Origin: Candidatus Cloacimonadales bacterium
GTDB taxonomy: Bacteria; Cloacimonadota; Cloacimonadia; Cloacimonadales; JAFGVF01
Length of the DNA: 64,000 bases
Direction of reading: 5' to 3'
NCBI GenBank assembly: GCA_963667035.1
Contig: OY762964.1
Location: forward strand, 192,001-256,000
The position numbers were made by a program, and so were the translations under genes. Numbering within the stretch: position 1 is the stretch's first letter; every line of letters begins with the position of its first letter. Below the pieces are notes generated by a model, which ran no database searches, was not told the origin of the DNA, and saw nothing but the letters and a program-made list of their open reading frames with translations. Below, piece by piece: positions 1 to 9,727 of this stretch.

Positions 1-1569
1 TATAATAAACTCGGTTTCATTGATGCAAGAATAGTATCTGAAAATATTGAAAAGATTGACGATAGATTTCTTGTAATCACAATCAGAGTTAACGAAGGTA
101 TTAAATACAATTTCGGTAAGATAACCGTTAGTGGAAATACCAGATTTACGGAAGAGACAATTTTAGAAAAATTCACTCTTAAGAAAGACGAACCTTTCAA
201 TATGGAAAAATTTGATAAAGAGCTCTACGCTGTTTCATCAATGTATTATGAAGAAGGCTATATTTACTCTCAATTCGACCATGTTCTTGAGAAACACGGG
301 AATATGGTAGACATTAAACTTGATATTACTGAAAACAACAGAGCTAAAGTTAGGAAGATATCTATTGCCGGTAATACAAGAACCAAAGAAAAGGTTATCA
401 GAAGACAGCTTACGATTGCTCCCGGTGATTATTTTAAACAATCAAAAGTAATAAGATCCCAACAGAATATTTACAATATGGGTTTCTTTGAACCGGACAT
501 CAGACCTGACTATAGACCAATCAATAAAGATGGTGATATAGACTTGATTATAAAGGTTTCCGATTCAACCTCAGGTACCGTTAACGGTGGTGTAGGTTAT
601 AATAGTCAGGATAGTTTTGTCGGTCAGCTCTCTTTATCACATAACAACTTATTCGGTAATAACTGGAGTACTTCTTTTAGTTGGGAGTTTGGCGGAAGCT
701 CACAGAACTTTACTTGGGACTTCACAAATCCGTATCTGTTTGATACAAACACTCTCTTCGGTTATAATATCTACTTAGTGGAGAAAGAGTATCCGGACGA
801 TTACTACGACGTGTTTACCCGAGGTGGTTCAATTCGCTTGGGTCGTCCTATTTACTTCTTGAACCGCAGTAAAGTTGTCGGACGTTACTCTTTCTATGCA
901 AAACGCTACTCCATCACTGATGAAGAAGCAGTTTACGAAGAAGCTGATCAAAACGAAGCTCTTATTGAACTTGATGAGAAAAATTGGAATTATACAAGCT
1001 CAGTATCTCTAACTTTCACAAGGGATACCAGAGACAATATATTCTTCCCACGTAAAGGTACACAGCTAACTCTTTACAGTGAAATAGCTGGTGGACCTTT
1101 TATGGGTGATTCGGATTTCTATAAGCAGATTGCTCAGGTTAACTGGTATGCCGAGATGTTCTATGACTTCGTCCTCAGAACCAAGTGGCGTATGGGTTAT
1201 GTAACTGAATACGGACGTTCCGATTCAGTTCCTCCGGATGAGAAGTTCTACCTTGGTGGAACAGGTCCGGATGGAATTAGAGGATATGGTGACAGATCAA
1301 TTGCTCCAAGTGGTGGTGGAACTAGAGAGATAATCTTCTCAACTGAGATTGGATATCCCATTGGTGGAGACCAGTTAATCGGTTTACTTTTCTTTGATGC
1401 CGGAGATAGCTATAATTCACTTAAAGATTATAACTTTCTAGAGTTCAAGAAAGGTGCGGGTATCGGTATAAGAGTGAGAAGTCCTTTTGGATTAATCGGT
1501 TTCGACTGGGCATACAATTTTGCCGATGATAACTGGGAACCTCACTTCCAATTCGGTACTACATTCTAA
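1..1569 (+). CDS. bamA: Outer membrane protein assembly factor BamA (5'-truncated by window)
   Basis: Frame open from position 1; POTRA motif (GNTRTKEKVIRRQL), Omp85 barrel with IRGY loop motif, C-terminal FQFGTTF. Confidence 0.95.
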   Translation, partial: YNKLGFIDARIVSENIEKIDDRFLVITIRVNEGIKYNFGKITVSGNTRFTEETILEKFTLKKDEPFNMEKFDKELYAVSSMYYEEGYIYSQFDHVLEKHGNMVDIKLDITENNRAKVRKISIAGNTRTKEKVIRRQLTIAPGDYFKQSKVIRSQQNIYNMGFFEPDIRPDYRPINKDGDIDLIIKVSDSTSGTVNGGVGYNSQDSFVGQLSLSHNNLFGNNWSTSFSWEFGGSSQNFTWDFTNPYLFDTNTLFGYNIYLVEKEYPDDYYDVFTRGGSIRLGRPIYFLNRSKVVGRYSFYAKRYSITDEEAVYEEADQNEALIELDEKNWNYTSSVSLTFTRDTRDNIFFPRKGTQLTLYSEIAGGPFMGDSDFYKQIAQVNWYAEMFYDFVLRTKWRMGYVTEYGRSDSVPPDEKFYLGGTGPDGIRGYGDRSIAPSGGGTREIIFSTEIGYPIGGDQLIGLLFFDAGDSYNSLKDYNFLEFKKGAGIGIRVRSPFGLIGFDWAYNFADDNWEPHFQFGTTF

Positions 1570-1572
1570 ACG

Positions 1573-2526
1573 ATGAACTACAAGCATCTTTTTGGACCTG
1601 TCATTTCAAGACGACTGGGTGTATCTTTAGGGATTGATTTAGTCCCGTATAAGGTCTGCTCTCTTAATTGCGTATATTGCGAGGTCGGGGAGACAACTGA
1701 TTTAACCTGTAAGAGATTAGAATATGTACCCTATGATGAGATTATAGAAGAGCTAAATCATTTTATAAGTAATAATCCCAAACTCGACTATGTGACTTTC
1801 TCGGGTTCGGGAGAGCCGACACTCTTTAATAGAATCGGTGAGTTGATTGATTACATCAAATCAAACTATCCTGAATACAAGCTTGCTCTAATCACCAACA
1901 GCGTGCTTCTTACAGATAAAAGCTTATCAAAAGAACTCATTAAGCTTGATTTGATAATGCCATCTTTGGATGCCGTAAGTAAAGAAACTTTTGATATTAT
2001 AAACAGACCTGAAGAGAGCATCAATGTAGATGAAGTTTTAAAATCATTGATTGATTTCAGAAGTAATTTCTCCGGTCAAATCTGGCTTGAAATCTTTTTC
2101 ATTGAAGGCATGAACGATACTGATAGTGAACTCAAACTACTTGCTGATGCTATTAAGCTAATCAAACCGGACAGAGTGCAATTAAACTCTCTGGATAGAC
2201 CCGGTGTTGAGAGTTGGGTTAAGGCTATGTCGCAAGAAAGATTGGAGTATATTAAAGATTATTTCAATCAATATACAAAGGATGATACACTTATTGAGAT
2301 TATCGCCAGAGCCAAGACTAAAGTTGATTATGAAAACTTTAATGCAGACTTGCTCGAACAGATTCTCGGAATGATTAGAAGACGACCTTGTACTTCGCAA
2401 GACCTTTCATTAACATTGAATATCCATATTAATGAAGTTAACAAAGTGATTCATAGTCTGATGTCAAAGGATAAGATAGAGTCTGTTAGAGAAGAACGAG
2501 GAACATTTTATAGAATCAAGGGGTAA
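1573..2526 (+). CDS. Radical SAM protein (COG0731-like) with possible C-terminal winged-helix domain
   Basis: FGPVISRRLGVSLG, CxxxCxxC (CSLNCVYC), SGSGEPTL. Confidence 0.85.
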   Translation: MNYKHLFGPVISRRLGVSLGIDLVPYKVCSLNCVYCEVGETTDLTCKRLEYVPYDEIIEELNHFISNNPKLDYVTFSGSGEPTLFNRIGELIDYIKSNYPEYKLALITNSVLLTDKSLSKELIKLDLIMPSLDAVSKETFDIINRPEESINVDEVLKSLIDFRSNFSGQIWLEIFFIEGMNDTDSELKLLADAIKLIKPDRVQLNSLDRPGVESWVKAMSQERLEYIKDYFNQYTKDDTLIEIIARAKTKVDYENFNADLLEQILGMIRRRPCTSQDLSLTLNIHINEVNKVIHSLMSKDKIESVREERGTFYRIKG

Positions 2527-2530
2527 TTAT

Positions 2531-3223
2531 TTGTTTAATACGGTAGTAATTACGGCAGGTGGTTCCGGAAAGAGATTGCCCGGTACGGTAAAGAAGCAGT
2601 ATAGGGAACTAATCGGAAAACCTGTTTTGTTTCATACAATAGATAAATTTATCAATCATCCGTTAATAAGCCATCTTGTCATAACATTGCCTTCTGATGA
2701 CATTGACGTTATGGGGGACATGATTAGAGAGCGTTACAACTCAACATATATTACAATATGTGAAGGAGGGGTTGAGAGACAGAACTCAATATACAATGCT
2801 CTTCAATCGGTTCCTGATTCAACGGACTTTGTCTTAATTCATGATGGTGTCAGACCTTTCGTTTCCAAGTACCTGATTACAAGTCTGATAAATTATGCTT
2901 ATGCTAATGGAGCGGTAATACCTGCGACAAAAGCTAAATACACCATGAAAGAGATTAGGAATAATTTAGTAGTAAAGACTATTCCCAGAGAATCTCTTGT
3001 GGAAGTACATACTCCACAGATTTTCCCATACAAAGAGCTTATAGCTTTATATGAAAAAGCAATATATTCAGGAGTCACATTTACCGATGATGCTTCAATC
3101 TATGAATATTACAATAAAACCGTGAACGTCATGCTCACGGAAGAATACAATTTAAAAATAACTAATTCTCTTGATTTGGAGGTAGCTGAGTTACTGGTCA
3201 GAGAGAATGAATCGGAGTTATAG
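2531..3223 (+). CDS. ispD: 2-C-methyl-D-erythritol 4-phosphate cytidylyltransferase
   Basis: AGGSGKR...KQY, GGVERQNS, LIHDGVRPF, TPQ, NLKIT motifs; TTG start. Confidence 0.93.
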   Translation: MFNTVVITAGGSGKRLPGTVKKQYRELIGKPVLFHTIDKFINHPLISHLVITLPSDDIDVMGDMIRERYNSTYITICEGGVERQNSIYNALQSVPDSTDFVLIHDGVRPFVSKYLITSLINYAYANGAVIPATKAKYTMKEIRNNLVVKTIPRESLVEVHTPQIFPYKELIALYEKAIYSGVTFTDDASIYEYYNKTVNVMLTEEYNLKITNSLDLEVAELLVRENESEL

Positions 3224-5959
3224 ATGATTAAGAACATACTTAGTAAATTAGCCAATGCTGAGATTAAAATTAAAATACCTATCTTTGGTATTGGCTGTGG
3301 AGTGCTGGGATTAAGTTTGAAGGAGACCACTGTCAAGCTTGGTGAGTATTCAAGCAGATTACTTAGAGCTCTGGAATACAGAGGATATGACTCAACAGGT
3401 GGTGTTTTTCAAGATGAAAAGGGCAATGTAACACTTTTAAAAGATGTAGGAGCTCCCAGTACACTTGTAAAGACTCTTGGAATAGAGAAGCAAAAGGGTA
3501 AGTTGTTTTGTGGACAGGTAAGATGGGCTACATTCGGAGCTGTGGATAAAGTTAATGCACAACCTCATAAAGTACACTGTCGTAGAGATATTTACGGAGC
3601 ACATAACGGAAACATAACCAATACCCGTGAACTAAAAGATTTTCTCTCTAAAGACGGTCATACAGTTCTTTCTGATAACGATGGAGAAATGCTTGTTCAT
3701 GCTATTGAGCATTACTTTGATATTGAGTTGAATAAACTTCCCAAACTTGATCAGGTGAAGAAAGAAAAAAGACTTCAATCCATGCGTATTGCTATCCGGA
3801 GTGCAGCTAAAAAGGCTGTTGGCTCTTATGCTGCCGTTATTGTTGATCCTATGACCGAAACCAGTTGGGCAATAAAATCAGGTTCCAGTTTGTATTTCGG
3901 AGTCGGTGTGATTGATGACAATCCTTTCTCCCTTACTTCTTCAGACCTTACTTCGGTTTTAAGATTCACTAAAGACTTGGTTAATCTCCGTGAAGGTGAA
4001 TTTGTTGAATACACTTCCGGTAAGTATCAAGTTTATGCTCAGAAGGACTTGGTATTCAGACATGTTGAACGTGAAGATGAAGTCTACAAAAGTGGTGAAA
4101 AGATTGAGAAGAAAGTTATTCGCTCTAAACTAAGAGCGGAAGACACAGAACTTCTTCCTCCTTACAAGTACTTCATGGAACAGGAGATTCATGCGGAAGT
4201 AGAATCAACAGGTAAGCTTATAAAGCTGTTTAACGGTGGTTCCAATACAGGTAGAAGAATGTTGGAGTTACTAAAGAAAGAAGGCTTAATAAAGAATATA
4301 ACCAAGATTAGTGAGAAAATACTTAAGCAAACTAAGTTTTCTTTCCAGCAAAAGCTATATGATGAGTTCATTAACTCTGAAGACTCAGAAAAGCTTATGG
4401 TAAAGATTGAGGATAAATATTCACCGATTTATAATGAGCTTGTTAAAGAGAACTTTGTTGAGAAGTATTTCTTCTCAAATGAAAAGAACTTGTTTATAGA
4501 GCTTGCAGGAGAAGAATTTGATAAGAAGAGACTTCTTTTCTCAAAAGCACTTGATTCAATCAATGAAGTGGAAGATGTTAATGAGTTTGATAAGAAAGTA
4601 GAGACATTTATGTCTTTGTTGAAAGATACACTGAAAAAGAAAGGTGTTGTATATTCAATAGCCTGTGGTACTTCATATCATGCTACAAAAATAGGAGCTC
4701 ATTTCTTTAATGAGATTGCAGGATTCGAAATAATCCCGATTCTTCCCGGTGATTTTAGGGGTGAATACTCACACAGTATCAGGAACGGAGATTTAATTGT
4801 AGGTGTTTCTCAGAGCGGAGAAACTAAAGACCTTATTGATATTTATAATGATATTATTGATTCACAATTGGAAGTAACAAGAGCTGTTCTTGTAAATAAT
4901 GTAAATTCAACATTAGGTCAGGAAAAGAGCGATGTTGCCATCCCGATTTTCTGTGGTCCCGAGATTGCTGTACCTGCAACAAAGAGTTTTATAAATCAGA
5001 TTACTATCTTCTTCTATCTTGCAATTAAAACTGCCGAGATGAAACTTCAAACAATGAAAGAAGAGAATTGCTGTGAAGAAGAAATCAATAGAATTGAAGC
5101 TAATCTTGAGAGAAACAAAGAGAATCTGAACAAGATCCCGGCTCTTCTTGAAGAAACCATCAAATCAACAGATGATTTGGTAGGTGAATTGGCTAAGAAG
5201 ATTTACCTTGAACCTTCTCTCCATATTCTTGCCACAAAGATTAGCGGAGTAGCAATGGAAGGTGCTTTGAAAATACGTGAAACGGTTCTTAATCATGCAG
5301 AAGGGAGAGAAGCATCTGAATTCAAGCATGGTCCTAACACTATTCTCGGTAAGAATACCGTTTTTGGTATGAAGAATCTCAGGTCTCTTTATAACAATAT
5401 TGTAAGTGTTATTGACGAAGTTGCGGAAGAGTCCATTGAAAGGGGTATAGACCCGAAAGAGATTGGAAAGATAATTCGCGAGCTTCTGAACTATACTTAT
5501 ACTCAGATTATGCCGTTCAATTTATCAAGTAAAGGCACAAAACTATTCAAGGACATGATTGCCAAGAGTATGGATTTCGAGTGTATGTTTAGGAATTATC
5601 CGCTGATTTATGTGACAGGTCCTGACGATAGAGACGTTAATTTAACAATCTCTCAAATTAATACTCATAAGATTCGTGGTGCAAACACTTACGTTATAGC
5701 AGAACAGAATGAAAAGCTGTTCCAAAACTGCTCTCAAGATCCGTTTGACGGTAAGAAATACTATCATTGGATGTACATTCCGCTTCCTAAAACAGATGAT
5801 AATATCATGGTCTGTTTCTCATCATCAATGGTGCTACAGCAGTTAGCTCTTAAGATGAGTGTGAGAAAGATGGAATATCTCGATAAGATGAAGATTCAAG
5901 ATCATGGTGTACATCCTGATGTTCCTAAGAACGTATCAAAATCAATCACAGTTGACTAA
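3224..5959 (+). CDS. glmS: Glutamine-fructose-6-phosphate transaminase-like protein, enlarged (911 aa)
   Basis: CGVLG, LEYRGYDS, RWATFG, HNGNITN, ACGTSYHA, SQSGETKD, VPATKSF, EGALKIRE, FKHGP, C-terminal PKNVSKSITVD. Confidence 0.85.
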   Translation: MIKNILSKLANAEIKIKIPIFGIGCGVLGLSLKETTVKLGEYSSRLLRALEYRGYDSTGGVFQDEKGNVTLLKDVGAPSTLVKTLGIEKQKGKLFCGQVRWATFGAVDKVNAQPHKVHCRRDIYGAHNGNITNTRELKDFLSKDGHTVLSDNDGEMLVHAIEHYFDIELNKLPKLDQVKKEKRLQSMRIAIRSAAKKAVGSYAAVIVDPMTETSWAIKSGSSLYFGVGVIDDNPFSLTSSDLTSVLRFTKDLVNLREGEFVEYTSGKYQVYAQKDLVFRHVEREDEVYKSGEKIEKKVIRSKLRAEDTELLPPYKYFMEQEIHAEVESTGKLIKLFNGGSNTGRRMLELLKKEGLIKNITKISEKILKQTKFSFQQKLYDEFINSEDSEKLMVKIEDKYSPIYNELVKENFVEKYFFSNEKNLFIELAGEEFDKKRLLFSKALDSINEVEDVNEFDKKVETFMSLLKDTLKKKGVVYSIACGTSYHATKIGAHFFNEIAGFEIIPILPGDFRGEYSHSIRNGDLIVGVSQSGETKDLIDIYNDIIDSQLEVTRAVLVNNVNSTLGQEKSDVAIPIFCGPEIAVPATKSFINQITIFFYLAIKTAEMKLQTMKEENCCEEEINRIEANLERNKENLNKIPALLEETIKSTDDLVGELAKKIYLEPSLHILATKISGVAMEGALKIRETVLNHAEGREASEFKHGPNTILGKNTVFGMKNLRSLYNNIVSVIDEVAEESIERGIDPKEIGKIIRELLNYTYTQIMPFNLSSKGTKLFKDMIAKSMDFECMFRNYPLIYVTGPDDRDVNLTISQINTHKIRGANTYVIAEQNEKLFQNCSQDPFDGKKYYHWMYIPLPKTDDNIMVCFSSSMVLQQLALKMSVRKMEYLDKMKIQDHGVHPDVPKNVSKSITVD

Positions 5960-5965
5960 TAAATT

Positions 5966-5993
5966 AAGGGCTGTTATCAGCCCTTCCTTTTTT
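5966..5993 (+). terminator. Intrinsic terminator
   Basis: AAGGGCTG-ttat-CAGCCCTT followed by a T-tract just after the glmS stop. Confidence 0.7.
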
Positions 5994-6012
5994 ATTTAAA
6001 TCGGAGGAATAG

Positions 6013-6486
6013 ATGCGGATAGGTCACGGCTACGATGTTCATAGACTTGTTAAAGACAGAAAGCTGATACTCGGAGGAGTCGAGATTGAGCATAATCTGG
6101 GTTTATTAGGGCATTCGGATGCGGATGTGCTACTTCATGCCGTCATGGACTCTATTTTAGGGGCAATGGCAATGGGAGATATCGGTACTCACTTCCCTGA
6201 TACTGATTCTGAATACAAAGGTGCAGACAGTAGAGAACTGTTACGTAAAGTAGCCGCTATTATGTCGGATAAAGGTTATGGAATTGGTAATCTTGATGTA
6301 ACCGTTTGTGCTCAGAAACCAAAGCTCAAACCTTTTATACCTATCATGCGGGAGAATATAGCTAATGATTTGAACACCTCCTTGGAAAATATCTCAATTA
6401 AAGCGACAACAGAAGAAGGACTTGGATTTACCGGTAAAGAAGAGGGAATAAGTGCAACTGCGGTTGTACTACTTGTTACTTTGTAA
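6013..6486 (+). CDS. ispF: 2-C-methyl-D-erythritol 2,4-cyclodiphosphate synthase
   Basis: [41 protein letters not shown]. Confidence 0.97.
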   Translation: MRIGHGYDVHRLVKDRKLILGGVEIEHNLGLLGHSDADVLLHAVMDSILGAMAMGDIGTHFPDTDSEYKGADSRELLRKVAAIMSDKGYGIGNLDVTVCAQKPKLKPFIPIMRENIANDLNTSLENISIKATTEEGLGFTGKEEGISATAVVLLVTL

Positions 6487-6508
6487 ATTAAGTAAATTTA
6501 TTTTCTTT

Positions 6509-6594
6509 TAGCTCTGAAAGAGCGTCTGTTTAATAGCCACATGCCTTGGCATGTGGTGAAGAATCCGATATATTCTAAGCCCTATAGGGGCGTA
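6509..6594 (+). repeat. 86-bp REP-like multi-hairpin element, copy 1
   Basis: 80/86 identical to 7909-7994; hairpins GCTCT-gaa-AGAGC, CCACATGCC-tt-GGCATGTGG and GCCC...GGGC. Confidence 0.85.
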
Positions 6595-6669
6595 TGAATA
6601 CAATTAATCTTCACAATTCATATTTTTATTGCAATATTTCTTCCTCTTTCTCGTTATTATATATGAGGA

Positions 6670-7212
6670 ATGGAAATGAAGAGTAAAATAACAAGATTCT
6701 GGTCAACAAATTACAAAGGCATGACATGTTATGTTCGGGCAAGGATTAAAAACCTTACATATAAGGATGAGGAGGATATTGTCCAAGATGTAATGTTGAG
6801 CTTGCTTAATAAGAATGCTTTCCTTTCACCGATTAGCAATTTCACGGGATATGTATATCAATCCTTGCGAAACAGGTTAATCGATGAGATTAGAAAAGCT
6901 GTCAAGGAGCCGATAAGTCTTAACGGTAGTCTGAGTGATGAGACTTCCGATGAATTCATCTCCTTGTTATCATCAATTGAGGAGTGTGAGCAGAATACCG
7001 GTGAAATCATACACACAGCTTTGGATTTGTTGCCTGATAATCAAAGATATGTCATAATTGAGAATGAGTTAAAAGGGAGAAAGCTCAAAGATATTGCTTT
7101 GGAATCTGGTATATCGCTAAACACTCTTCTTTCCAGAAAAGCACGTGGAATGAAAAACTTAAAGAAAATAATTATTACTATGGAGGAAGACAATGAAGAT
7201 ATTCAATTGTAA
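6670..7212 (+). CDS. ECF-type RNA polymerase sigma-70 factor
   Basis: EDIVQDV (region 2), RNRLIDEIRK, region 4 HTH (LKDIALESGISLNTLLSRKARG). Confidence 0.88.
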   Translation: MEMKSKITRFWSTNYKGMTCYVRARIKNLTYKDEEDIVQDVMLSLLNKNAFLSPISNFTGYVYQSLRNRLIDEIRKAVKEPISLNGSLSDETSDEFISLLSSIEECEQNTGEIIHTALDLLPDNQRYVIIENELKGRKLKDIALESGISLNTLLSRKARGMKNLKKIIITMEEDNEDIQL

Positions 7213-7531
7213 TGTTAAAGACGGTAAGATGAATCTTCCAAAGATATTGGGTCTTGTACTTCTGGGAGTCTTTGGTGCCGGTGCAGTAATAACGGGACTC
7301 AGTTTTATAGTTAAAGCTCTATGGAATAATCTTATGCCTGAGATATTCGGATTAAAGAAGATATCACTTATGCAGGCATTGGGACTGACAGTGCTAACAA
7401 AATTGCTTTTTTCGTCAGGTTCTTATTCTCATAGCCATAACAGCTCATCGGGTAAGAAAACCAAATATGTGCGTAAAGAAGTTGAAGTTGAAAAAGAACC
7501 CGAGATAGAGCAAACTCCGGAACCGGCATAA
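7193..7531 (+). CDS. Small membrane protein coupled to the ECF sigma gene
   Basis: Overlaps sigma stop; GGAGG RBS; hydrophobic segments and LWNNLMPEIFGL..I...QALGL motif. Confidence 0.7.
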   Translation: MKIFNCNVKDGKMNLPKILGLVLLGVFGAGAVITGLSFIVKALWNNLMPEIFGLKKISLMQALGLTVLTKLLFSSGSYSHSHNSSSGKKTKYVRKEVEVEKEPEIEQTPEPA

Positions 7532-7579
7532 TTGCTAAACTAATCATAGAGTCTTTATTTCTTACCGGGTTAAGCATTC

Positions 7580-7907
7580 ATAGCTCCCAAAGAGCGTCTT
7601 GTATACTCTGATAAGATTTCATAGCTCTGAAAGAGCATCTTGTATGCTCGGGTAAGATTTCATAGCTCCCAAAGAGCGTCTTGTATACTAGGGTAAGGTT
7701 TTATAGCTCTGAAAGAGCATCTTGAATACTCAGGTAAGATTTAATAGCTCTAAAAGAGCGTCTTGTATGCTCCGGTAAGATTTAATAGCTCCAAAAGAGC
7801 GTCTTGTATGCTCTGGAAAGGTTTTATAGCTCTGAAAGAGCATCTTGAATACTCCGGTAAGATTTTATAGCTCTAAAAGAGCATCTTGTATGCTCTGGAA
7901 AGGTTTT
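7580..7907 (+). repeat. Tandem array of eight 41-bp palindromic units
   Basis: Units start 7580, 7621, 7662, 7703, 7744, 7785, 7826, 7867; all begin ATAGCTCnnAAAGAGC(G/A)TCTTG. Confidence 0.95.
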
Positions 7908-7908
7908 A

Positions 7909-7994
7909 TAGCTCTGAAAGAGCGTCTGTTCAATAGCCACATGCCTTGGCATGTGGTACATAGTCCGATATATTCTAAGCCCTAAAGGGGCGTA
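7909..7994 (+). repeat. 86-bp REP-like multi-hairpin element, copy 2
   Basis: Direct repeat of 6509-6594, exactly 1400 bp downstream; its first hairpin is in register with the 41-bp array. Confidence 0.85.
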
Positions 7995-8012
7995 ACATTA
8001 AAACAAAACCTT

Positions 8013-8035
8013 AGGGGCATAATAACTATGCCCCT
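8013..8035. repeat. 23-bp target-site duplication, left copy (palindromic)
   Basis: AGGGGCATAATAACTATGCCCCT, identical to 9698-9720 and abutting the IS terminal IR. Confidence 0.92.
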
Positions 8036-9697
8036 CAGACCGTTTACAAACCCAGTTATGAAAATGACTGGGTTTTTACATTGTAAGTTTATTTCTGATT
8101 AGTTGAGTACAATATCAGGATAATGAGATTTAGCTCTATATTCGTCTAAACCAGAGCATATATTAACATAAAAAGCTAATAACATTGATGCCACTTTCCC
8201 TGATATGCCATTGAAAAGGTATTTAACCAGTTTCTTTATGTTTTGAACTACTGATGTCATATATGCTTGTTCTCGAACTCGTTCTATACCTCGATATTTC
8301 GCATACCGATAACCATGAAGTTGCTTTGCATTTGCAAAGCTTCTCTCAATGGTTTCTTTTCGTTTTTTGTATATCTCTTTGCCACAAAAGGTTAACCTGT
8401 TTTTATGGATAATCTCTCTACTGTCTTCCCATACATGACGCATGATAACTTTTTGATGGTTCTTGCTCTCGGTGCATTTGTTAAGCATTGGACAGTTTTT
8501 ACAATAGCTACTCTCGGATGCATATTCATCATAACCGTTACGGTTTGTTGTTCGATATTTAAGCTCTTTCCCTTCTGGACAGATGTATATGTCTCTATCT
8601 GAAATGAACTTAAAATCACGCTTCTTGAAAAGACCTTTTTTACCTCCAAGTCGACGATAACCTATTACTCCCATGATTCCCATATCTACTAATTCTTTGC
8701 ATATATTAGCTGTATCATACCCGGCATCAAGACCTACTGCCAGGACATCAAAACCAAAACGCTCTTGCTGCACTTTTAGCCTATCAATATAGCAAGAACT
8801 GTCATTCACATTGCCGGCGGTAATATGAACATCTGTTATGAAGTTTACTTTAGGATCTACGGTTCTATGATCAAGATAGAAGAAACCTTGTGGTTTCTTG
8901 TCTCGCGTCATGAAACCACTGTCAGGATCTGTTTTACTAGACTTAATCTCTTTAACTTTGGGTGACGAACCGCCTTTAAAGTCATTGTCTTTAGGTGGGA
9001 GTGGCTTCTTACCGTGAGCTTTTCGGTTTTCATCCACTGTTTTATTTAGATCTTCAAGATAACTCTGAGGTGTGGTCTCTACTTTAATTGATTCATATTT
9101 GCCTTTATTAGCATTAGCTTTCAGATGAGTTGAATCGCTATAAAGAACCTTGCCATCTACCAAACCATTCTCGATACCAAGTTTTACAATATCAATGAAA
9201 ATCTCTTCAAAAACAGTGCTATCAGTAAAGCGTCTGCGACGATTCTGGCTGAAGAGAGAATGACTCGGTATTTTATCAGTAAGCCCATACCCTAAGAACC
9301 AGCGATATGCTACATTGACCTGAATCTCTCTGATTAGTTGTCGCTCAGAACGGATACCAAATAGATAACCAATAAAAAGCATTTTGAAGAAAGTTATGGG
9401 ATGCACTGGGGGACGACCGTTGTCGGGGCAATACAAATGAGCAGTTCGGTCCATAATAAAACTAAAATCTATTACCCTGTCAATCTTGCGTAGAATATGA
9501 TCTTCCGGGACAAGATCATCTATTATTACAAATTCCATTTGGGACTGTGTGTCAGAAACTTTTTTAAGCATAACCACCTCTAATTATGATGGTTTAAGTA
9601 TAAACTAAGGGGGTTTTTGTCAATGATTGATGTTCTTATTTTAAGCTAAAAAAAGACAAAGCTATGAAATCTTACTCATAGCTTTGTCAACAGTCTG
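8036..9697 (-). mobile_element. IS1182-family insertion sequence (1662 bp)
   Basis: Terminal IRs CAGACCGTTTACAAA vs reverse complement of right end CAGACTGTTGACAAA; 23-bp flanking direct repeat; single transposase. Confidence 0.92.
8099..9571 (-). CDS. IS1182-family DDE transposase
   Basis: LVPEDHILRKID, GRPPVHP, GIRSERQL, YRWFLG, DSTHLKANA, LDAGYD, Cys cluster, RKETIERSFA; ATG at 9571 after GAGGTG. Confidence 0.93.
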   Translation of the reverse strand: MLKKVSDTQSQMEFVIIDDLVPEDHILRKIDRVIDFSFIMDRTAHLYCPDNGRPPVHPITFFKMLFIGYLFGIRSERQLIREIQVNVAYRWFLGYGLTDKIPSHSLFSQNRRRRFTDSTVFEEIFIDIVKLGIENGLVDGKVLYSDSTHLKANANKGKYESIKVETTPQSYLEDLNKTVDENRKAHGKKPLPPKDNDFKGGSSPKVKEIKSSKTDPDSGFMTRDKKPQGFFYLDHRTVDPKVNFITDVHITAGNVNDSSCYIDRLKVQQERFGFDVLAVGLDAGYDTANICKELVDMGIMGVIGYRRLGGKKGLFKKRDFKFISDRDIYICPEGKELKYRTTNRNGYDEYASESSYCKNCPMLNKCTESKNHQKVIMRHVWEDSREIIHKNRLTFCGKEIYKKRKETIERSFANAKQLHGYRYAKYRGIERVREQAYMTSVVQNIKKLVKYLFNGISGKVASMLLAFYVNICSGLDEYRAKSHYPDIVLN

Positions 9698-9725
9698 AGG
9701 GGCATAATAACTATGCCCCTTTTTT
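9698..9725. terminator. Terminator-like hairpin, also the right copy of the target duplication
   Basis: AGGGGCATA-ataac-TATGCCCCT followed by TTTTT; lies at the 3' end of the minus-strand gene 9728-10180. Confidence 0.75.
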
Positions 9726-9727
9726 GT

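Noticed and set aside
7580..7923. CRISPR array
   Set aside because: The inter-hairpin segments are near-identical rather than unique spacers, the 41-bp period is too short for repeat plus spacer, and no cas genes are in the window
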